Below, piece after piece: positions 30,075 through 38,446 of a stretch of DNA of 64,000 bases. A program made the translations under genes and the position numbers. This DNA comes from an uncultured Prevotella sp. (GTDB taxonomy: Bacteria > Bacteroidota > Bacteroidia > Bacteroidales > Bacteroidaceae). Each line of letters starts with the position of its first letter. Position 1 is the first letter of the stretch. The stretch is from the NCBI GenBank assembly GCA_947163985.1, contig CAMUVE010000005.1, positions 9,760 through 73,759 on the forward strand, written 5' to 3'. The notes beneath the pieces were generated by a model that ran no database searches, had not been told where the DNA came from, and saw nothing but the letters and a program-made list of their open reading frames with translations.

Positions 30075-31429
30075 TATTTCTCACTCTCGAGACGAGCCTT
30101 GATAGCCTTGGTGTCGGCTTCGTATCCAGGTTTCTCGAGGAGGGCAAACATATTCTTCTTGTATGCCTCGACGCCAGGCTGGTTGAAGGTGTTCACCTCG
30201 AGGAGGTTTCCGCTGATGCCGCAGGCTATCTCGAAGAAGTAGATAAGCTGTCCGAGGTAGTACTCGTTGAGCTTAGGCACAGCGATGCGCATGTTTGGAA
30301 CGCCGCCATCGACGTGAGCCAGACGTGTTCCTAACTCAGCCATTTTGTTGACCTCGTCAACGCGCTTTCCAGCGAGGAAGTTCAGTCCGTCGAGGTTCTC
30401 CTCGTCAGAGGGGAAGAGCAGCTTGTGGTTAGGCTCCTCGATGCTTATCACCGTCTCGAAGATGGTGCGTTCGCCGTCCTGAATCCACTGTCCCATAGAG
30501 TGAAGGTCGGTGGTGAAGTCAACACTTGCGGGGTAGATACCCTTCTTGTCCTTACCCTCGCTCTCGCCGAAGAGCTGTTTCCACCACTCGCTGTAGTAGT
30601 GCAACTTAGGCTGGTAGTTCACCATAATCTCTATCTTCTTTCCTGCCTGGTAGAGTCCGTTACGAACGGCAGCATACTGTGCAGCCATATTCTCCTCGAA
30701 AGGAACGTCCTTGCCGCACGCCTTCTCCATAACCTGAGCGCCCTCGACGAGTGCTTTGATGTCGAAGCCGGCAACAGCTATAGGCAGCAGACCAACGGGG
30801 GTGAGGACAGAAAAACGACCGCCGACGTTATCGGGAATGACGAATGTCTTGTAGCCTTCCTTGTCGGCACAGGTACGTGCAGCACCCTTAACGGCGTCGG
30901 TAACGGCGATGATAACCTTGCGTGCCTCGTCCTTGCCCATCTGCTCCTCGCACTGCTTCTTCAGCAGACGGAAGGTGAGGGCGGTCTCTGTTGTCGTTCC
31001 CGACTTAGAGATGTTGATGACGCCGAACTTTTTTCCCTTGAGGTATTCTGTGAGCTCGGAGAGGTAGTCCTCGCCGATGTTGTTTCCTGCGAAGAGGATA
31101 GTGGGGTTCTTCTTGTCGTTTACGAGCCAAGCGAAGGAGTTGCTGAGAGCCTCGATGACGGCGCGGGCACCGAGGTAGCTACCACCGATACCAGCTACGA
31201 CAACAGCCTCGCACTTCTCGCGGAGCACCTGAGCAGCCTGGTTAACCTCGGCGATGAACTCGGGTGTGATACTTGATGGCAAGTGGAGCCATCCGAGGAA
31301 GTCGTTGCCGGGACAAGTACCCTCTTCGAGAGCAATCTGTGCCTTCTTTACTTTAGGCTCGAAAGCCTTTACTGCGCCTGCTTCGAGGAAACAAGCAGCC
31401 TTTGTGATGTCAAGACTAATATTCTTCAT
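30074..31429 (-). CDS. pgi: Glucose-6-phosphate isomerase
   Basis: [38 protein letters not shown]. Confidence 0.97.
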   Translation of the reverse strand: MKNISLDITKAACFLEAGAVKAFEPKVKKAQIALEEGTCPGNDFLGWLHLPSSITPEFIAEVNQAAQVLREKCEAVVVAGIGGSYLGARAVIEALSNSFAWLVNDKKNPTILFAGNNIGEDYLSELTEYLKGKKFGVINISKSGTTTETALTFRLLKKQCEEQMGKDEARKVIIAVTDAVKGAARTCADKEGYKTFVIPDNVGGRFSVLTPVGLLPIAVAGFDIKALVEGAQVMEKACGKDVPFEENMAAQYAAVRNGLYQAGKKIEIMVNYQPKLHYYSEWWKQLFGESEGKDKKGIYPASVDFTTDLHSMGQWIQDGERTIFETVISIEEPNHKLLFPSDEENLDGLNFLAGKRVDEVNKMAELGTRLAHVDGGVPNMRIAVPKLNEYYLGQLIYFFEIACGISGNLLEVNTFNQPGVEAYKKNMFALLEKPGYEADTKAIKARLESEK

Positions 31430-31474
31430 TTTCAGTTAGTTATAATAAAAGGTTAATGTTTTTTGTTATGTATT

Positions 31475-32461
31475 TTATCTGAATGAATCAGTGAGCAGTT
31501 TTATCTCTATCTGCGGCGAGATGCGCTCGTAGAGAATATTGTAAACTGCGTCGAGGATAGGCATGTTTACGTGCATGTGTCGGTTTATTTCCTTCATACA
31601 TTTAGTACCGAAGAAGCCCTCGGCAATCATCTCCATTTCTATCTGTGCCGACTTCACCGAGTAGCCCTTTCCTATCATTGTTCCGAAGGTGCGGTTTCGT
31701 GAGAAGTTGCTATATCCCGTCACGAGGAGGTCGCCCATATATGCCGAGTCGTTAATGTTTCTGTTCAGCGGGTGTATGGTCGATACGAAGCGGTTCATTT
31801 CCTGCACGGCGTTAGACATAAGTACAGCCTGGAAGTTGTCGCCGTATTTCAGTCCCGAGCAGATGCCCGATGCTATAGCATAGACATTTTTGAGTACTGA
31901 GGCATATTCGATGCCGATGACGTCGGTAGAGGTCTTTGTCTTTATGTAGTCGCTCTCGATGAGCGATGCGAAGTCGCGTGCTTTCTCTTGGTCGGCACAC
32001 CCTATGGTGAGGTAGGAGAGTCGTTCCAGCGCCACCTCTTCGGCGTGTGAAGGACCGCCTATGCAGGCGAGGTTCTCCAGAGGCACGTCATATACCTGGT
32101 TGAAGTACTCCGAGCAGGCGAGGTTCTCGTCGGGCACGATACCCTTGATAGCTGTTATTATGAACTTGTCGCGCAGACGTGTCTTCAGCTTTTTGAGGTG
32201 ATTCTTCAGGTATGGTGAGGGCGTTACAAACACTAAGGTGTCGTACGCCTCCACAATCTTGTTGATGTCTGAGGAGAACTCAATCTCGTTGACATCGAAG
32301 TGGACGCTCATGAGGTAGGCGGGGTTATGTCCCAAGCGACGGAAGTCCTCGATGCGGTCGTCGCGGCGCATATACCACCCTATGTGATGAGTCTTGCCTA
32401 TCACAATCTTGGCTATTGCCGTAGCCCATGAGCCGCCACCTATTATTGCGATCCTATTCAT
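31475..32461 (-). CDS. gpsA: NAD(P)H-dependent glycerol-3-phosphate dehydrogenase
   Basis: GGGSWATA, GPSHAEEV, LKNVYAI, GDLLVT, SRN. Confidence 0.95.
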   Translation of the reverse strand: MNRIAIIGGGSWATAIAKIVIGKTHHIGWYMRRDDRIEDFRRLGHNPAYLMSVHFDVNEIEFSSDINKIVEAYDTLVFVTPSPYLKNHLKKLKTRLRDKFIITAIKGIVPDENLACSEYFNQVYDVPLENLACIGGPSHAEEVALERLSYLTIGCADQEKARDFASLIESDYIKTKTSTDVIGIEYASVLKNVYAIASGICSGLKYGDNFQAVLMSNAVQEMNRFVSTIHPLNRNINDSAYMGDLLVTGYSNFSRNRTFGTMIGKGYSVKSAQIEMEMIAEGFFGTKCMKEINRHMHVNMPILDAVYNILYERISPQIEIKLLTDSFR

Positions 32462-34185
32462 TACTGAGCTTTATCTATCCACTGCTGTACTTCATCGACA
32501 CTGGGTTTCTGCATCTCCAGTTTGTACTTCTTCACGATGTCGCCAATCTTCTGCTGCAAGCCCTGAGCCTTCTCGTCCTTGATATTCTGAACGAGGTTGA
32601 AACCAGCCTTGCGTAGAACGGGAACCCACTCTTCGCTGACGCCAATCTCTGCCCATTCTGCGGGAGTGCTCTGGGGCACCTTCTTCTCGGGTTTCATCTG
32701 TGGGAAGAAGAGCACCTCCTGGATGTATGTCTTGCCCGTCATAAGCATTACGAGACGGTCGATGCCGATACCTATACCGCTGGTAGGAGGCATGCCGTAC
32801 TGCAGCGCACGGAGGAAGTCGTGGTCTATGATCATTGCCTCGTCGTCGCCCTTGTCAGCCAGTTTCATCTGGTCTATGAATCGTTCCTCCTGGTCTATCG
32901 GGTCGTTGAGCTCGGAATAAGCATTAGCCAGCTCCTTACCGTTCACCATAAGCTCGAAACGCTCCGTCAGTCCTGGCTTAGAGCGGTGCATCTTGGTGAG
33001 TGGCGACATCTCCACGGGGTAGTCGGTGATGAAGGTAGGTTGTATGAAGGTGCCTTCGCAGAACTCTCCGAAGAGCTCGTCGATGAGTTTTCCCTTACCC
33101 ATAGTCTCGTCAACTTCCATTCCCTTCTCTTTGCAGAAGGCACGAATCTCGTCTTCCGTCTTTCCGTTGCAGTCGAAGCCCGTCTTTTCCTTTATTGCGT
33201 CGAGGATAGGCAGACGACGGTACGGAGCCTTGAATGATATCACCTGTCCGTCGATTTCGCGTTCCGGTTTTCCGTTTACCGCGATACATATCTCCTCGAG
33301 GAGTTTCTCTGTGAACGACATCATCCACTGGTAGTCCTTGTACTGAACGTATAGCTCCATACATGTGAACTCGGGGTTGTGGTTGCGGTCCATTCCCTCG
33401 TTGCGGAAGTTCTTACCTATTTCATATACGCCCTCGAAACCGCCCACGATGAGTCGTTTGAGGTATAGCTCGGTGGCGATACGCATATACATATCCTGGT
33501 TGAGAGCGTTGAAGTGGGTAATGAAAGGACGTGCTGAGGCTCCTCCGGCAATCATCTGCAGGGTAGGGGTCTCCACCTCTGTGTAGCCTGCCTCGTCGAG
33601 AACACGACGAAGGGTGCGCAGCACCGTAGCACGCTGCAGGAAGGTATCTTTCACACCGTCGTTGACCACCAAGTCCACATAGCGCTGACGATAGCGCAGC
33701 TCGGGGTCGTCGAACTTGTCGTAGGCAACGCCGTCCTTGTATTTTACTATAGGCAGCGGTTTCAGCGACTTGCTGAGGAGGGTGAGCTCCTTAGCGTGTA
33801 CGCTAATCTCGCCTGTCTGGGTACGGAACACGAAACCCTTGATGCCGATGAAGTCACCGATGTCAAGGAGTTTCTTGAATACCGTGTTGTAAAGTTCTTT
33901 GTCGTCACCAGGACAGAGGTCGTCGCGGGTGATGTACACCTGGATACGTCCTTTTGAGTCCTGCAGCTCTACGAACGACGCCTTACCCATAACGCGGCGG
34001 CTCATCATTCGTCCTGCTATGCAGACCTCGCGTTCCTGGTCGTCCTGGAACTCGTTTATGATGTCTGTTGAAAATGCATTTGTTGGATATTCCGCTGCTG
34101 GATATGGGTCGATGCCCATCTGGCGCAGCGCGTCAAGACTCTCTCGTCTTCCGATTTCCTGTTCACTAAGTTCTAATACGTTCAT
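32461..34185 (-). CDS. lysS: Lysine--tRNA ligase (class II) with Bacteroidota C-terminal extension
   Basis: RYRQRYVD, FRNEG, HNPEFT, YGMPPTSGIGIGIDRL; start moved to ATG 34185. Confidence 0.97.
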   Translation of the reverse strand: MNVLELSEQEIGRRESLDALRQMGIDPYPAAEYPTNAFSTDIINEFQDDQEREVCIAGRMMSRRVMGKASFVELQDSKGRIQVYITRDDLCPGDDKELYNTVFKKLLDIGDFIGIKGFVFRTQTGEISVHAKELTLLSKSLKPLPIVKYKDGVAYDKFDDPELRYRQRYVDLVVNDGVKDTFLQRATVLRTLRRVLDEAGYTEVETPTLQMIAGGASARPFITHFNALNQDMYMRIATELYLKRLIVGGFEGVYEIGKNFRNEGMDRNHNPEFTCMELYVQYKDYQWMMSFTEKLLEEICIAVNGKPEREIDGQVISFKAPYRRLPILDAIKEKTGFDCNGKTEDEIRAFCKEKGMEVDETMGKGKLIDELFGEFCEGTFIQPTFITDYPVEMSPLTKMHRSKPGLTERFELMVNGKELANAYSELNDPIDQEERFIDQMKLADKGDDEAMIIDHDFLRALQYGMPPTSGIGIGIDRLVMLMTGKTYIQEVLFFPQMKPEKKVPQSTPAEWAEIGVSEEWVPVLRKAGFNLVQNIKDEKAQGLQQKIGDIVKKYKLEMQKPSVDEVQQWIDKAQ

Positions 34186-34277
34186 AATTCTAAAATTGCA
34201 ATTTGGTGCAAAGATACACAATTATTGCGAATAAAGTATTATGAATTAGAATTTTTTAGCAGTAAACATTAGAATGT

Positions 34278-35957
34278 TTAGTACTTGAAACTTGAGCCGC
34301 CGACGAACTCTCGCATAATTGACGTTGGAGGAATCTCCTTGTCGCTGACGGGAATGAAGTAGCGTATGAACTTCAGAAGTCGGTGAGCCTCAGAGTATTC
34401 GGGACAGTTCTTGGGGACTGTAGAGAGGATGATTTCAGCGTGTGGACGTAGCACAGCGAACTCAATGTTAAGGGCGGAGTTGAACATCACGTCGGCACTC
34501 TCCTGGAAGGGGAATATCCACTTATCCTCAGCGTCGCAGACGTTCTTCCACTGACTTATTGTCTCTCGGGCAGTAAAGGCACCCTTGTTATAGTCGCGTA
34601 TGATGCGTCGCAGCAGTCGGTTGTCGCGTACGGGAATCCAGTTGTGGTCGTCAAGCGAGATACTTGTAAGTGCCGAGATGTATATGCGGAACTTCACGGA
34701 GTCCTCTATCTCCTTTGTCAGCAGCGGGTTAAGTGCGTGAATACCCTCGATGATGAGTACGCTGTCGTTGGTGAGTTTCAGTTTTTTGCCGTTCCACTCG
34801 CGCTTTCCCGTTGTGAAGTTATACTCGGGAACCTCCACGCGTTCCCCGTTCATAAGCCGTATGAGGTGGTCCTCAAGGAGGTGATAATCAACGGTTTCTA
34901 TGTTGTCGAAGTCGTAGTCGCCGTTAGGCAGTTTCGGGGTATCCAGACGGTTTACGAAGTAGTCGTCGGTAGAGAACGACAGTGGGCGCAGTCCGCAGGC
35001 GAGCAACTGTACGGAGAGACGTTTGCAGAACGTCGTCTTTCCAGATGATGACGGTCCTGTTATGAGTACCAGTTTCACTGGGTTCTCCTCGGAGTGGTAT
35101 CGGCGGTCTATCTCTTCGGCTATCTGTACTATCTTCTTCTCCTGGAGAGCCTCGCTGACCTGTATCAGTTCCGAGGCGTGACCGTTGAGTACCGACTTGT
35201 TGACATCACCCGCATTAGAGAGTCGCATGATGATGTCCCAGCGTGTCTTCTCGGCGAACATGCTGTACGTCTTAGGCATATCAACCTTCTCGGCAAGGAC
35301 GGTAGGGTTGTTCCAGTCGGGTACGCGGAGCAGCATACCGTCGTAATATGGCTCCAGTCCCCATACCTTTATGTAGCCTGCCGACGGCACCAGCGGTCCG
35401 AAGTAGAAGTCGGCGGTGTCGCCCAGCATATAGTAGTCGGAATATATCTGTCCGCTGGTCTCAAGCAGTTTCACCTTGTCGGAGAAACCTCTCTCCTGAA
35501 ACACCCGCAGTGCCTCCTCCGTTGTTGCCTCGTTACGACGGAAGGGCATATCGAGGTCTATAATCTCCTGCATCCTGTTACGCATCTTCGTCACGTCGTC
35601 GTTGGTGAGGGGTATGTTACCCTTCTTCTTGAAGTTGCAGTAGTATCCGCGTGATATGGTGTGTTCAATAAACAACTTGCTACCCGGGAAGAGGTCCTGT
35701 GTGGCTTTGTAAAGAATGAAGCACAGTGAACGCACATACGCGCTGTGTCCTGAACCTACGCGGGCATCGAGAAATTCCACATCTCGGTTTTGGTACAGAC
35801 GGAACTTCAGTCCCTGTGATACGTTGTTCACCTTTGCCGACACCACAGGGTAAGGCATCTTCAGTTCGTCGGCAAACTCCTGATAAACCTCCAAGAGCGA
35901 TGTGCCCTCAGGAAAACTCTTTGTGATGTTGTTGTTCTTACAGCGGATTTGGAGCAT
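34278..35957 (-). CDS. Nucleoside (uridine) kinase family protein with N-terminal TGS/ThrRS-like domains
   Basis: TGS-like N-terminus, P-loop GPSSSGKT, IEGIHALN, RLLRRIIRD. Confidence 0.85.
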   Translation of the reverse strand: MLQIRCKNNNITKSFPEGTSLLEVYQEFADELKMPYPVVSAKVNNVSQGLKFRLYQNRDVEFLDARVGSGHSAYVRSLCFILYKATQDLFPGSKLFIEHTISRGYYCNFKKKGNIPLTNDDVTKMRNRMQEIIDLDMPFRRNEATTEEALRVFQERGFSDKVKLLETSGQIYSDYYMLGDTADFYFGPLVPSAGYIKVWGLEPYYDGMLLRVPDWNNPTVLAEKVDMPKTYSMFAEKTRWDIIMRLSNAGDVNKSVLNGHASELIQVSEALQEKKIVQIAEEIDRRYHSEENPVKLVLITGPSSSGKTTFCKRLSVQLLACGLRPLSFSTDDYFVNRLDTPKLPNGDYDFDNIETVDYHLLEDHLIRLMNGERVEVPEYNFTTGKREWNGKKLKLTNDSVLIIEGIHALNPLLTKEIEDSVKFRIYISALTSISLDDHNWIPVRDNRLLRRIIRDYNKGAFTARETISQWKNVCDAEDKWIFPFQESADVMFNSALNIEFAVLRPHAEIILSTVPKNCPEYSEAHRLLKFIRYFIPVSDKEIPPTSIMREFVGGSSFKY

Positions 35958-35990
35958 TATCTTATTATTTTATGTGTTACCTCTTACCTC

Positions 35991-37028
35991 TTATTGGAAG
36001 TCCAGAGACTCTTTTATTTCCTTCGTCGTTGCCGTCTGGTTAATCTTTATGTCACCGATGGCAGAGAGCAAGGTGAAGTTTATGGTGCCTGCAGTATTCT
36101 TCTTGTCGTGAGTCATAAGTTCTAAGAGCTCATCGACATCCTTGCAGTCCGTAGGAGCCACCCCGTAGTAGGAGCGTATGAACTGCTCCGTCTGACGGAA
36201 CTGGTCGCGAGGGAAGTCGGTCTTTATGACGCTGAGATACAGCTCGGCGATGAGTCCCCAGGCTACGGCATATCCGTGGAGTACGGGTTGCCGACGCATA
36301 GCCCACGTCTCGAGGGCGTGACCTACGGTGTGTCCTAAGTTAAGAGCCTTACGGAGTCCCTTCTCGTGTGGGTCCTCGGTGACTATGTGTTCCTTCACCT
36401 CTACACTCTCGCGAACCATCTCCTGAAGAATCTTAAGGTCTGGTTGTGCGAGGTCGAAGGTTATGTGACGTGCCCACATCGCGGTGTTGGCAAGCAACGA
36501 GTGTTTCAGCATCTCGGCATATCCGGAGCGGATGTTCTCGTTGTCGAGAGTACTCAGAAACTGCGTGTCGATGATTACCGTCTGTGCATCGTTGAAGACA
36601 CCAATCTCGTTCTTCAGTCCTCCGAGGTTTATTCCCGTCTTTCCGCCCACCGATGCGTCAACCATAGCGAGTAGGGTAGTGGGGATGTTAATGAATTCTA
36701 TTCCCCTTTTGAAGGTGCTTGCCGCGAAGCCTCCGAGGTCGGTAACCATTCCGCCGCCGATGTTCACCAGCAGCGAGTGGCGTGTGGCACCATGCTCACT
36801 AAGTTCCGTCCATACGTGGGTTATGGAGTTGATGTTCTTATTGGTGTCGCCGGCAGGGATAGTAATAAGATGAGCCCCCCGGAACACATCGTAGTCCTTC
36901 ACTCTGGGCCAGCATTTCAGGGCTGTTGTTGCGTCTGTAAGTACAAACGTCTTGTCACATTCACACTGACTGACAGCCAGCGTAATGTCGCTCTTTAAAT
37001 CCTCCGAAAAAACTATCTTCTGGTTCAT
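35991..37028 (-). CDS. aroB: 3-dehydroquinate synthase
   Basis: GGGMVTDLGGF, PTTLLAMVDASVGGKTG, LNLGHT, HGYAV, DKK. Confidence 0.96.
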   Translation of the reverse strand: MNQKIVFSEDLKSDITLAVSQCECDKTFVLTDATTALKCWPRVKDYDVFRGAHLITIPAGDTNKNINSITHVWTELSEHGATRHSLLVNIGGGMVTDLGGFAASTFKRGIEFINIPTTLLAMVDASVGGKTGINLGGLKNEIGVFNDAQTVIIDTQFLSTLDNENIRSGYAEMLKHSLLANTAMWARHITFDLAQPDLKILQEMVRESVEVKEHIVTEDPHEKGLRKALNLGHTVGHALETWAMRRQPVLHGYAVAWGLIAELYLSVIKTDFPRDQFRQTEQFIRSYYGVAPTDCKDVDELLELMTHDKKNTAGTINFTLLSAIGDIKINQTATTKEIKESLDFQ

Positions 37029-37035
37029 TCGGTTG

Positions 37036-37248
37036 CAAAATTACAAAAAATCGAGAGCAGAACAAAATAAACTGGTTTATTTTTTATGCCGAGTGCATTG
37101 TAATTTATTCAAAGTTACGAAATAAGTCGAGCGAAATGCAAAAGGAAAACTTGTTTTTCTTTTCATTTCCGAGACGGAGTAACTTGGGCGAAGCCAAAAT
37201 TACGAAAAGTCGAGGGCAGTACAAAATAATTTTTTTGTTTTTTGTGCC
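37036..37248. repeat. Three degenerate ~75-85 bp palindromic units (REP-like) between aroB and the porin gene
   Basis: Units start CAAARTTAC at 37036, 37110 and 37195, each followed by TCGAG and an internal A-rich/T-rich palindrome; units 1 and 2 carry CCGAG after the palindrome. Confidence 0.65.
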
Positions 37249-37302
37249 AATATCTTTTTTTTTAGTTATTTTTGTACGCGAAAAACAAGAAAAACATTAT
37301 TT

Positions 37303-38394
37303 ATGAAAAGACATTTTATTATATGTATTCTTGCTGCAGCCTTCGCGTTGACGGCAGGAGCACAGGAACAAGCGCAGGAAAAGAAGAGTACCATAGAAGT
37401 GCCGCAGTGGGTAAAGGATATCCGGCTGAGCGGCTACGGCATGATGCAGTATCAGGCAGAAGACAAGGATGAAGGTAAACATAACGAGTTCAACGTTCGT
37501 CTTATGCGTGTCTCACTAAGCGGAAAGATAAGCGATTTCGACTGGTTGGCACAGGTGCAGGGGTCGTCTAATGCCGGTCCGGGTAACCCTACGCTGATGC
37601 TTGTTGATTTCTATGCCGAGTGGACGAAATACAAGGAATTCCGTGTTAAGGTGGGAGAGTTCAAGCGTGCCTTTACCTTTGAGAACCCCACAAACCCTAT
37701 TACCCAGGGGTGGTACTCGTATGCTCTGGTCGTCAATAACCTCTCCGGTAACGGTGACCGTACCGGCGAGAAGTCCTCCGGCGGACGCGACATAGGTGTA
37801 CAGATACAGGGCGACCTCTTTCCTAACAGCGATGGGCGCCGTTTGCTTCACTACCAGGTGGGAGTATATAACGGTGAAGGTATCAACCAGAAGGACCAGG
37901 ACAACCGCAAGGACATCATCGGCGGCTTGTGGGTAATGCCTATTGACGGAGTGCGCATAGGAGCTTTCGGGTGGACAGGCTCGCGTGCCGGCATCGGCGG
38001 CAAGAACCGCTATGCACTTTCAGCCGAGTACGACAAGGACGAATATACCTTCCGCGCGGAATATATACACTCACAAGGGTGGGGTGCTGCCAAGGCAGGC
38101 GACAACACTCGCGTCGTTGACCCCACAAAGGGTGACAAGGCAGACGGATGGTACGCTTTTGGCATAGTGCCGGTGCTGAAGTCTAAATTGCACGCAAAGG
38201 CGCGCTACCAGTGCTACCGCCAGTCGAAGGAGTGGGGCACGTCAAAGACCATGTACGAGGTAGGCTTAAACTATTTCTTTACGAAAGACCTGCAGATTAA
38301 CGCCGAGTACGCTCGCGTCAACGACCGTACCATAGCCAATGCCGATAAGCATAACTACAATTTCTTCGATGTAGAGTTCGATTTCCGCTTCTGA
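37303..38394 (+). CDS. Outer-membrane porin (phosphate-selective porin O/P-like)
   Basis: Signal peptide, RLMRVSLSG, VKVGEFKRAF, GRDIG, YNGEG, C-terminal aromatic (FRF). Confidence 0.75.
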   Translation: MKRHFIICILAAAFALTAGAQEQAQEKKSTIEVPQWVKDIRLSGYGMMQYQAEDKDEGKHNEFNVRLMRVSLSGKISDFDWLAQVQGSSNAGPGNPTLMLVDFYAEWTKYKEFRVKVGEFKRAFTFENPTNPITQGWYSYALVVNNLSGNGDRTGEKSSGGRDIGVQIQGDLFPNSDGRRLLHYQVGVYNGEGINQKDQDNRKDIIGGLWVMPIDGVRIGAFGWTGSRAGIGGKNRYALSAEYDKDEYTFRAEYIHSQGWGAAKAGDNTRVVDPTKGDKADGWYAFGIVPVLKSKLHAKARYQCYRQSKEWGTSKTMYEVGLNYFFTKDLQINAEYARVNDRTIANADKHNYNFFDVEFDFRF

Positions 38395-38396
38395 TT

Positions 38397-38423
38397 AAAC
38401 TTTCCCGCTCCGTTGCCGTCTAA
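38397..38423 (+). promoter_or_regulatory. Putative ECF-sigma promoter (AAAC-N16-CGTC)
   Basis: AAAC at 38397-38400 and CGTCTAA at 38417-38423; no TAnnTTTG box before the ATG at 38447. Confidence 0.45.
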
Positions 38424-38446
38424 TACTCAGTATTAAGCATAAAGTT

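Noticed and set aside
30425-31276. 283-aa plus-strand ORF
   Set aside because: Antisense shadow of pgi, expected from codon bias
34278-35957. TGS/ThrRS-like + nucleoside kinase fusion as a novel system
   Set aside because: This architecture is common in Bacteroidota and Firmicutes
37036-37248. Three ~80-bp units as a CRISPR array
   Set aside because: Units are degenerate along their whole length, with no identical repeat and unique spacer pattern
37250-37302. Pho-box-like site upstream of the phosphate-porin-like gene
   Set aside because: No convincing 11-bp direct repeat resembling 61327-61348 was seen
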